Below, piece by piece: positions 55,790 to 64,000 of a stretch of 64,000 nt of DNA. Source of the DNA: a virus; IMG/VR virus record IMGVR_UViG_3300049914_000251, positions 32,001 to 96,000 of that record; one strand, 5' to 3'. The notes under the pieces are model-generated. The model made no database searches and was not told where the DNA came from. It saw nothing but the letters and a program-made list of their open reading frames with translations. The translations under genes and the position numbers were made by a program. Every line of letters begins with the position of its first letter. The stretch's first letter is position 1.

Positions 55790-56848
55790 TTATGCCCGGC
55801 CAAATTTCCAGAAATCAGTTCCCATTTTCTCAAAAGCATACCTGCCATTCAATTCTGGTATACTGCAATCATGGATCACGTACTCACGCCTGTTATCAGT
55901 CTGCTCGCCAGGCTCCCATTTGAACAAAGCTACCAAACTCAAAGCTTCGTCATTCAGCCACACCACCTTACTGGCCTTTTGAACAGCTTTAACAAATGAA
56001 CATCGACCGCAATTCTTGCACTTAGAATTACCCATCTGGCACTTCTTCTCGGTCAAGTGCTCATCCTGCTTATACTGCATGTCAGGAGTCTCCTGAGAAC
56101 CACCCGGCATAAATGGAGCTATGATAGGATTAGGAGCACGCTCCATCAAAAGAGAATCCTTTCTAACTTCCTTAGTACCAACAAACTCCTGTGCCTCTCC
56201 GGACTCTGAAACAGCGTCTTCAGTTGGTTTCATAAAAGATACCATATGATCGTTGAGATGAAATACCGCATCTGCTACTTTAGGTACGAGTACCCACTGA
56301 ATAGGCCATTCAACATTACCGGATAAGTGATCTCCTGAAATCTCTGCCCCTTCAGAAACAGACAACCTAAAATCAGCATGCACAGGTCTCCCCATACGCC
56401 AGTGTAACTGAAGCATCCCCACCGTCGAACAAGCGGCACCATTAGGAACGCCTGCCATAACAGCCTTTTCTATATTTGATTTTTCTACCTGCGCACCTGC
56501 CTGTTGCATACCCTCAAGTGCTTCTTTCTCACGGTCATAGTTATCACCCTCATCAGCCTCATCTTCAGTTAACGGCTCATCATCAAAATAACACCTGGTA
56601 GCCCTCACCCGGGACCCGCTTAATCCTGTACGCAACGATGTCATTAACCGAGCACCATCCTCCATAGTCATTTTACGCATCTCTCCGCTCTCTGGATCCC
56701 TGCACCAAACCCCTTCTTTCAAGAACTCTTTAAGATAATCAGCAAAAGGCCCTTCCAATTTTATCTTAGCATCTTTTTCCCCCATTGGAAAAATCATTTT
56801 GCAAATTACCTCGTTGTCACTATTGAGAATATTTACATATGAGTTCAT
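55790..56848 (-). CDS. head-module protein with LigD 3'-phosphoesterase-like motif
   Basis: MLQLHWR...VHADFRL resembles PE-domain QxH...HxDFRL. Confidence 0.5.
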   Translation of the reverse strand: MNSYVNILNSDNEVICKMIFPMGEKDAKIKLEGPFADYLKEFLKEGVWCRDPESGEMRKMTMEDGARLMTSLRTGLSGSRVRATRCYFDDEPLTEDEADEGDNYDREKEALEGMQQAGAQVEKSNIEKAVMAGVPNGAACSTVGMLQLHWRMGRPVHADFRLSVSEGAEISGDHLSGNVEWPIQWVLVPKVADAVFHLNDHMVSFMKPTEDAVSESGEAQEFVGTKEVRKDSLLMERAPNPIIAPFMPGGSQETPDMQYKQDEHLTEKKCQMGNSKCKNCGRCSFVKAVQKASKVVWLNDEALSLVALFKWEPGEQTDNRREYVIHDCSIPELNGRYAFEKMGTDFWKFGRA

Positions 56849-58944
56849 ACGTTCTCCTTTCCACCTTCTATTGGCTCGTTACGTCGTGGAGGACCAACCT
56901 CTCCCGTAGGAATATGGTGATGTGCATCCCACCACTCCTGAAGTGCCTTTTTCCTGCCCTGTCCTTTATCCGCCCATGCCCGATCGATTACTTCTTCAGG
57001 ATAACCCTTGCCCAGTAGATACTTCTTAGCCTGCTCTAACCCCTTATTTTCCCTATGTGTGCCAACCGACGCCACCCCACCCACATCAGCCCCTTTTCGA
57101 CCCTCATTATACACTTCATTGGCCCTATCCATTACAGCGTCGAAATTTTCCTCTGTCTTCGCATGCTTACGCTCAACAGGTAAACGTGGCTTAGGTGCGC
57201 GACGACGTACTGGAGCCTTCTCTGGCTTCGCCTCTGCCTCTGGCTTCACTTCGGGAATTACTGCTCCCTCCCTTAAAAACCCTTTGCGCTCCATCTTATC
57301 TACCGCATCATCGATATCCTCTGTAGGATATCCCTTATCCCTCATATAACCCCTAACCGCTTCTTTAGCATCTGCATGCCGATGTCCCATCCTGGCCTTT
57401 CCGAACGCCTCCTTCCACGCTTTAGCAGCTCCAACTTCGTCCTCAGGTTTTAAAGGCTTAGCTCCGGCTCTAGGCGGTTTTGCACGAGCTACGCTATAAA
57501 GACCGTCTCCAGCTATAATTCTATCGATACGAAACTTCATACCCTCTACCACTTTACCACCATCTTTAGCTCCAAGCAAATCTGTTATACTCTTATACAT
57601 AATATCCCATTTTACATTTTTAATGTCATCCAAAAGTTTCTGCGGAACTTTGCCTTTTTCGTATTTACCACGCAAAATATCACACCTGAAACAGCCATTT
57701 GGTGTTGCCTGAGCAAACGTCAAACCATTGTCTATGAAATACAGCTTGCCGTCATTACCATTTATAAAATTATTACCGTGCCTGTCCGTATTGTAACTAA
57801 TAACATCAAACAGACAACCCTTCCATCTATCATCGTCTGAAATCTTATCTGCTACTCCACCAGCTGGACCATCTACCCAAACCTGGGCAGACCCTATCTC
57901 ACCGTCCACTTCACGAATAACTGTAGGAGGCACCAAACCCCAGCCCAACGCCTCAGAAAGTTCATAGGCCAGCGCCTCTCTCTTATAAAAAGTACCATGA
58001 TGGATAGCTCCTTCACTGGCTACGCTCCTTAAAGAACGCTCACCACTCGCAGGCTTCCAGCACTCTTTAATCTTGTCCCCCTCCACATGCATGGCCTTAG
58101 CCAGCATAGGAATGACATTAGGAGCCTCTACCCTTATTTTGAAAATTTTATTACAGCCGCCACCCAAAACCTCCTTCTTCACACATGCTCCTGCTATAAG
58201 AGACTTATAGGCATCTGGAGAAAGACTCTTAACTAGGGGAGAAACATGTGCACCTTTAACACCCGGCTTCTCAGGCTTCTCCTCAGGTTTTTCCTCATGT
58301 TTCTCAGGCTCCTCATGTTGAGGCTTAACGAAAGGCTCAGGCTTTCCAACCACCTTAGCTTCTCGCAAACCATGCGCCAAACCACGTGCCCTCACCTCTT
58401 TCTGAATATCATTAACCAGTTTCAAATACTCTATATAATGTAACCTTAATTTACGATACAGATCACCTGTCTTTTGCTCCTTAAAAGCAGCGTCCTCAAA
58501 CGCCTTCTTATACACAGGATCGGCCGCAAACCGAATTTTAAGAAAATCTTTCTCATTTTGCGCCTGCATCCACTCTTCCTTAAGAGCAGACCTCTTTTCC
58601 CTGACGTTTCCGAAATATTCCTTTACATTATTCCATAAAATCGTCAGTTCATTGTCATCAAGTCCCTTAATATTACCTGCGTCTACAGCACGCACTCCCT
58701 TATCATACCCAGGCGCCCACGGATGCTCTGGCAGAAAAGCTGCTTTGCCCTCTTGCCACGCAGCTATTTCCTCCTCCCTCATCCATTTACGCTGTTTGAA
58801 CTGCTTACCTCCCCGGTTTACATCGACCCACACCAATTTATAACCAGGCCTGTTAGCAAAAGCCTCTCCAGTCTGCACGGCCTTAGTAATCTCTTCTAAA
58901 GACGCTATAACTTCAGCTGCATTGATAATCTGCATTTCACTCAT
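56845..58944 (-). CDS. PI3/PI4-kinase-like (HipA/SCO1664-type) kinase domain protein
   Basis: LGGGCN, WKPASGE, REALAYELS..LGWGLVPPTV.R, GSAQVWV, NTDRHGNN, IDNGLTF. Confidence 0.85.
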   Translation of the reverse strand: MSEMQIINAAEVIASLEEITKAVQTGEAFANRPGYKLVWVDVNRGGKQFKQRKWMREEEIAAWQEGKAAFLPEHPWAPGYDKGVRAVDAGNIKGLDDNELTILWNNVKEYFGNVREKRSALKEEWMQAQNEKDFLKIRFAADPVYKKAFEDAAFKEQKTGDLYRKLRLHYIEYLKLVNDIQKEVRARGLAHGLREAKVVGKPEPFVKPQHEEPEKHEEKPEEKPEKPGVKGAHVSPLVKSLSPDAYKSLIAGACVKKEVLGGGCNKIFKIRVEAPNVIPMLAKAMHVEGDKIKECWKPASGERSLRSVASEGAIHHGTFYKREALAYELSEALGWGLVPPTVIREVDGEIGSAQVWVDGPAGGVADKISDDDRWKGCLFDVISYNTDRHGNNFINGNDGKLYFIDNGLTFAQATPNGCFRCDILRGKYEKGKVPQKLLDDIKNVKWDIMYKSITDLLGAKDGGKVVEGMKFRIDRIIAGDGLYSVARAKPPRAGAKPLKPEDEVGAAKAWKEAFGKARMGHRHADAKEAVRGYMRDKGYPTEDIDDAVDKMERKGFLREGAVIPEVKPEAEAKPEKAPVRRRAPKPRLPVERKHAKTEENFDAVMDRANEVYNEGRKGADVGGVASVGTHRENKGLEQAKKYLLGKGYPEEVIDRAWADKGQGRKKALQEWWDAHHHIPTGEVGPPRRNEPIEGGKENV

Positions 58945-59105
58945 GACTTACTCCTAATACCACTGACAGATTTTAACAGCTCGCACTGTAATATCCAAGA
59001 CAGCGCCCAGCAAACCTCTTTGGGAGACAGTTTCAACTCCTCCCTACCTGCCTTGACAGTGTTCTTCAACCACTTCTGAAACTCTACCAAGCCCGGCTCT
59101 GCCAT
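58941..59105 (-). CDS. small hypothetical protein
   Basis: Manual translation MAEPGLVEFQKW...; GAGG RBS; ATGA overlap. Confidence 0.5.
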   Translation of the reverse strand: MAEPGLVEFQKWLKNTVKAGREELKLSPKEVCWALSWILQCELLKSVSGIRSKS

Positions 59106-60178
59106 ATTACCCTCATTTTGCTCTTAAACCAATCACAACACGACGGCTGAGGAGGTTGCGGAACCTTTTGAAAATTAGCTGTAATAGATTTATCTGCGTC
59201 CATGACTATAGTAGAGGACGCAGAATTAAACAATACCCCACCTGTCCAGTTAACGAACTGCCAACCACTCGCAGGAATAGCATTAATATCGACTACTGTA
59301 TTTTCCACATAAGGATATGTACCCACGGTCGGATCAGTTGTACCATTACCATTAACAGAAATGTTCAACAGATGATATATAACTGGTGGTGAAGGCAGCG
59401 GTTTAAATTTCAAATAATGAGCATCATAACCACCAAGTTGCTTAAATACATCTATTGCCTGGAATGGCAGATAAAAACGACCGCTAGCTCCCCAGCCAAT
59501 ACCCCATGAATTTTGCCCGAAGAATAGACCCTTCTCCTGATCGTAGCCAGCCAGAATAGTTTCATGTCCCCCAGCTACATGATCTGCAGCAGATACATTT
59601 GACAATATGCCTGACGGCTCAACGTTCATCCACTTATCAAACCAGGGTGATCCTATGGATACCAACCAACCAGGTCCACCGGACAACACAGATGCCTCAG
59701 AATCAGCCAACGCTGACATAATTCCGTTAACTCCATCGACACATCTAAAATAAGCAAACTCCGGATACTTTAATGCCTGTGCCTGCCTTTCCGAAGATGG
59801 CGCAGAAATGTCAGCCTTATCAGGATCGTACGGCCAGAAATGCTCTAGCAAGCAACCCATTTTCAACAGCCAATCAAAACAGTCTTTAGGATATGCCCCG
59901 ATATCTGATGTCAACGTGCCCTCGATAAACCTGGCACCATTATATATCCATGTCGGAGAATACCACTCTGTAAAAACGTGCAACGATTTAGCCACGGCAC
60001 CTACATTAGCTCCTATGCCAAATCCGGTGCAAGAACTTACTGCTCCTTGATACCTGACCTCTGGCAACAGCCTGGACAGATCGACCGCATTTGGAAATCT
60101 AACCAGGGCCGCCCTGTGCAGATAATCACGATTATCAAACTTATCTTTTATCCAGCCCGTTACAAAACTACCCGACAT
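59084..60178 (-). CDS. papain-like (C1) cysteine peptidase with B-repeat domain
   Basis: QGAVSSCTG, GGHE, QNSWGIGWGASG; C-terminal LNISVNGNGTT...WTG...ITANF. Confidence 0.9.
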   Translation of the reverse strand: MSGSFVTGWIKDKFDNRDYLHRAALVRFPNAVDLSRLLPEVRYQGAVSSCTGFGIGANVGAVAKSLHVFTEWYSPTWIYNGARFIEGTLTSDIGAYPKDCFDWLLKMGCLLEHFWPYDPDKADISAPSSERQAQALKYPEFAYFRCVDGVNGIMSALADSEASVLSGGPGWLVSIGSPWFDKWMNVEPSGILSNVSAADHVAGGHETILAGYDQEKGLFFGQNSWGIGWGASGRFYLPFQAIDVFKQLGGYDAHYLKFKPLPSPPVIYHLLNISVNGNGTTDPTVGTYPYVENTVVDINAIPASGWQFVNWTGGVLFNSASSTIVMDADKSITANFQKVPQPPQPSCCDWFKSKMRVIWQSRAW

Positions 60179-62869
60179 TTACTTTACCCCCTTCACCGAT
60201 TCTTCTACTTCGACCATTAACCGCACCGCCTTTATTTCATCTGTTGTAGGAGTAACAAAGCCCATAGATACCAGTTTCTGCTCTACCAGCTCCTCTACTT
60301 CTCTAGGCTTTGACAAGGGCTTCTTCTCCTCCAAGTTATCACCGGAGCTTCCCATATTAAGCTGTTGAGCGTTTACATCTTGATTAGTAGCAACATCCTG
60401 TGCTCCTTCACCAGGGCCCCACTTATGCGTCTGAAATACTTTACCATCTGCCATCGCCGTTTGTGGCTGCAGCACTTGCCCAGGACCCGGAGGTTTACTG
60501 GACACGCCTTGTTCACTAGGAGCTCCCGGAACCATAGGTATCTTCTCTGGAATAGGCGGCTTCTGTAATTGAGACCCCTGCTTATAAATCTCAACCAATT
60601 TAACCAGATTATTGCACTCAGCCAACTCCCTAACCTCTTTGCTCAGCTTATCATCCTTGCCCATCCTATCCTCCTGATTTACTAACCCATCAGCAGATTT
60701 CACCCACAGCGGAGCAGAACTTGACTGCGTAGCCCCGCCTCCCATCTTCTTGACCCTCTCAACTTCCTTCTCAGCAAGTTCATTCTTAACTTTGTCCTCT
60801 TCTGAATAACAGATATCATCTGCACCTCCACCACCAGAACCGCCTGGATACGGAGTAGCTCCTTGAGACCGTGTTACTAACCCCTTATTGTACGTTTTTT
60901 CGTCCTGAACCTTGTCCTTAGGCGCCTTCGGCTCTTCAGTCACCTTCTCTTCCATCATAATGGTTTTATACGTTCCTGTCTTAGAAGCAGGATCAAGTAA
61001 CTGCTCCACGCCGTTGATTTTTTGAGGTTGTTGCTCCTTTGGTTTCACTAACAGTTTAGCATCTAAAGACGTTACTAAACCACCAGCGGTGTACTGATGC
61101 CCCGTAGGATGAGATCCTTCCTCATCTTCGTTCTGCCACCCTACCGTGCCGTAACTCTCCTTATTCTCTCCCTGCTCATTACGATGCTCAACATCTTCAG
61201 GACTTTCCTTACCGTGAATCACCACAGCCGCTCCTTTGGCCTTCTCCAACTCATTGTTCAGCTCTTCAACTTTATCATCACTGAAAAGATCTTCAGGCTC
61301 ATTTGAAATATATTTATTACACACGCAATTAGGATCCACAAACCCCACAAATGGGCACCACGGAGTACCAAAATTAGATACCATTGGATCTGACCTGTCA
61401 GGTTCATGATAAAACCCGCAATACATGCATCGCATTTCATCGTCTGCTGGACGATACCCCACATCTCTAGCTAGATCCACAGCCACTTCTAAAATTGAGG
61501 ACACGTTAGATAACAGCGCATTTGCTGCTTCCATTATCTCAAGATTAGGAGCCTTCACAGCCTTCTCCAGCAATTCCAAAGATTCCCCAGTCAATCTGTT
61601 CTCCGGTACTTTAACCCCGGACTTAGCAACATTATCCCTAATCACCTTATAAAACTCAGCTGCATCCTCATCCATAGCATCAGGATGATATATTGCAGCC
61701 TTACGATTAACCAGTTGACTCATCACCTGCTCTCCAGCCTTCACAATCTGATCCTCTGTGTACTTAGCAGATCCTGATTTCATCATCTTGTAAAAAGCCG
61801 ACAGAACTCTCCAATCATCGGCAAGCTGCCTGTTATCAAGTTCAGTGGGATCGTAATAATCCAATTTCTGCTTACGCAGTCCGCCCTCACACTTAATACC
61901 AGAATCCACTTTCTTGAGAGAATTCATATCATCCTCAGAAAGAACCTCTCCAATACCCTCACTCGGACTATCATTTCCTCTTGCTACGTTATCTCCTGTA
62001 GTTGGCCTTAGCCCGGCACCATAAACTCCGCCTCCTCCACCTTCCACAGTGCCAGTAGAGTCCTTCTTAATTTGCAAAGCATCCATCTGAGCCACAACTT
62101 CCCTTGCCTTTACCATAGCTATCTGCGTAGGCGGAACATACTCTACACCATCAGCGTGAGCGTAAAACTGAATACGATCGTACGCCACATATACCTTGTT
62201 AGGATCCACCCCTACTTCCTGAGCCATACTCCGCACCTTTTCCTCTAATTGACTGTGTGTAAACTGCATATGACCTATGTGCGTGAAAATAACAGATTTT
62301 ATTTCCAACTCCTTGCACATCTTAAGTGAATTATAAATGCTCTGATGTCCCGCAGGCTCTGTCACATCGTCCACTAAACTGTTGCCACAAAGCACAGCTA
62401 CTGACACTCCCTTAATTGACTTAGGTTCATCTATCCTTAAAAAATCAGGAGCATATGCCACACTGATATCCTTGTACTTGAAAATGAACCCCACTGTGGT
62501 AGTGTCCTTAGCATGAGTAACTACAAATGGGTCAATCTTAACTCCATCAGGCAGCTCAGCGCCACGTTGAAGATAAACTACCGTACCCATAGGCAAATCA
62601 GGAACTCCCATGATATGATCACCGTGCCTATGGGTAACGAAAACAGCCTCGGGTATTAAGTCCTTCATCTGCTCCTTAATATCCGGGCCGCAATCAAAAA
62701 GTATCAGACGGCGATCGCAGTCTATCAAACAGGCTGCCTTCATCCGCGCTGATAACCCCTTCTCGGCTGCCTCTTTACATTGAGGACAATCACACCCTTC
62801 TTTCGGTAATGCATGCCCATTACCCGAACCAAGTACTATCACACTCACAGTCTTATCAGTCTTTTCCAT
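60179..62869 (-). CDS. MBL-fold (PhnP-like) hydrolase fused to a long multidomain extension
   Basis: LGSG...P..GCDCPQC, DCGPD, THRHGDH, VTH, APD, GH, THIGH; start set at MEKTDK after GGAGG. Confidence 0.8.
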   Translation of the reverse strand: MEKTDKTVSVIVLGSGNGHALPKEGCDCPQCKEAAEKGLSARMKAACLIDCDRRLILFDCGPDIKEQMKDLIPEAVFVTHRHGDHIMGVPDLPMGTVVYLQRGAELPDGVKIDPFVVTHAKDTTTVGFIFKYKDISVAYAPDFLRIDEPKSIKGVSVAVLCGNSLVDDVTEPAGHQSIYNSLKMCKELEIKSVIFTHIGHMQFTHSQLEEKVRSMAQEVGVDPNKVYVAYDRIQFYAHADGVEYVPPTQIAMVKAREVVAQMDALQIKKDSTGTVEGGGGGVYGAGLRPTTGDNVARGNDSPSEGIGEVLSEDDMNSLKKVDSGIKCEGGLRKQKLDYYDPTELDNRQLADDWRVLSAFYKMMKSGSAKYTEDQIVKAGEQVMSQLVNRKAAIYHPDAMDEDAAEFYKVIRDNVAKSGVKVPENRLTGESLELLEKAVKAPNLEIMEAANALLSNVSSILEVAVDLARDVGYRPADDEMRCMYCGFYHEPDRSDPMVSNFGTPWCPFVGFVDPNCVCNKYISNEPEDLFSDDKVEELNNELEKAKGAAVVIHGKESPEDVEHRNEQGENKESYGTVGWQNEDEEGSHPTGHQYTAGGLVTSLDAKLLVKPKEQQPQKINGVEQLLDPASKTGTYKTIMMEEKVTEEPKAPKDKVQDEKTYNKGLVTRSQGATPYPGGSGGGGADDICYSEEDKVKNELAEKEVERVKKMGGGATQSSSAPLWVKSADGLVNQEDRMGKDDKLSKEVRELAECNNLVKLVEIYKQGSQLQKPPIPEKIPMVPGAPSEQGVSSKPPGPGQVLQPQTAMADGKVFQTHKWGPGEGAQDVATNQDVNAQQLNMGSSGDNLEEKKPLSKPREVEELVEQKLVSMGFVTPTTDEIKAVRLMVEVEESVKGVK

Positions 62870-63372
62870 TATATCCTCCGACCGGCAGTGAGAATCCATA
62901 TTTCATCTGCCCTGTCCGGATTCTGTAAAAAAGGTTCTATTACAGTACGGAACAGCTCACTCACATTTGGAGCATCTCCCAGCGGTTTCCACTTTCCATC
63001 TTCCAGCACCTTATACCATACCCGGACCTGCTCACCATCTCCTATGTGATGGTGAATGTCCAGTTTAATAACCACGCCTTCCCTATTGACAGTAACCATC
63101 CCGGGAGACTTAAAACCCAGCCCCATTCTGCGCGAATTAGACTCTATATCATCGTTTACACGTTGCACAAGCCTGTCCTTCTCCTCTTTCTCCATAAGTT
63201 TCAATCTTTCCAGCTCGGTGGCCTTCTGCAACTCATAAGGTTTGCACCAGCGAACAGACTTATATGTCCGCCCTCCGAGATTGACCTCTGTCTCGCGTAG
63301 AAAGAAGCCTTCAGACTGCTTACGCAGTTCAAGCTCACGCCTGACTATAGACTTTTCGAGTTCTTCAGTCAC
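62869..63372 (-). CDS. hypothetical head-module protein
   Basis: GGAG RBS; TAATG coupling. Confidence 0.6.
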   Translation of the reverse strand: MTEELEKSIVRRELELRKQSEGFFLRETEVNLGGRTYKSVRWCKPYELQKATELERLKLMEKEEKDRLVQRVNDDIESNSRRMGLGFKSPGMVTVNREGVVIKLDIHHHIGDGEQVRVWYKVLEDGKWKPLGDAPNVSELFRTVIEPFLQNPDRADEIWILTAGRRI

Positions 63373-63380
63373 TAAATCTC

Positions 63381-63995
63381 CTAATCAGCTCCGCTTTCTG
63401 CCCTATCAGCACACGAATCACACTGATAATGATGAGCAGCATCCTCTCTCGTCAACCTGTTCGGCTTTTTACAGGTAGGACACGGTAGATTACGAGGGTT
63501 ATGCTTAGAAGCTGCCCTTAAAGCGCTCCTACCACCAGGATCAGCAAATCTTATTGGCTCTCGCCCCTCATCCTCAGCCTCTAAACCCCGTTCATACTCG
63601 TCATCATCTTCCTGTTTCCGAATACTCTCTGAGACTATCCCACCTTTAGATGGCTTACTCTCCTTACCTTCGGTTGCCTCTTCGACTATCCCACCTTTTG
63701 ATGGTTTGTCCTCACCAGTTTTAGGCGGTCTGTTCCACCAATCAACGCTCTTATGTTTCTTCGGTGGTATGTACTCCTCATCTTTCTTCACATCCTTACC
63801 TTTAATAGCAGTTTTAACCTTTATACCCTTCTTATCTTTCTTATCTGACTTGAGCTGTCCTTTGAATGCGCTAGAAAGATAAACCGCCCCCTTCTCAAGC
63901 TCTCGCAGAACTACTGTTTTAGGATCCTTATCGTGAATATAAGACTTATATAGCTCTACCACTTCTTGAGCCTTCTTCACATCAGTACCTATCAC
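63381..63995 (-). CDS. charged protein with C-terminal zinc ribbon
   Basis: KPSKGGIV repeated twice; CPTC...CDSC. Confidence 0.6.
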   Translation of the reverse strand: MIGTDVKKAQEVVELYKSYIHDKDPKTVVLRELEKGAVYLSSAFKGQLKSDKKDKKGIKVKTAIKGKDVKKDEEYIPPKKHKSVDWWNRPPKTGEDKPSKGGIVEEATEGKESKPSKGGIVSESIRKQEDDDEYERGLEAEDEGREPIRFADPGGRSALRAASKHNPRNLPCPTCKKPNRLTREDAAHHYQCDSCADRAESGAD

Positions 63996-64000
63996 ATCAC

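Overview
This window is an internal segment of a large tailed bacteriophage genome. Essentially all genes lie on the - strand, are tightly packed and use the standard code. Reading in transcription direction (64 kb down to 1), it has four blocks. (1) A head module: several large enzyme-bearing proteins (MBL hydrolase, papain-like protease, PI3/4-kinase-like, LigD-phosphoesterase-like), an HK97-type prohead protease, HNH, scaffold, major capsid and three paralogous decoration-like genes. (2) A neck/tail module: collagen-like fibre, tail tube, chaperone with a -1 frameshift, short tape measure, and a 2258-aa nested multidomain adhesin. (3) Replication genes: SNF2 helicase, intein-containing DnaB, primase Zn-finger. 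(4) A host-takeover region with 27 tRNA genes (21+4+1+1; 19 amino acids, no Leu in the window), CCA-adding enzyme, RNA ligase, ASCH, peptide deformylase, bS21, ClpP, Ku, a LigD-type ligase, a sigma factor and Pol III delta/delta-prime. Sigma70-type promoters and bacterial translation genes indicate a bacterial host. B-repeat surface domains suggest Dehalococcoidia/Chloroflexota, which is inference from recalled family resemblance. The most novel candidates are (a) an RNA-based attenuation/antitermination circuit, made of a kissing-loop leader before the tRNA array, promoter-proximal terminators sharing a GCGGUCGA loop, a boxA-like site and twin promoters with a 20-bp repeat, and (b) a putative capsid-cargo system of enzymes that share a beta-hairpin tag and Lys cleavage motifs. 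All annotations were made by eye from motifs; no database search or folding program was run.
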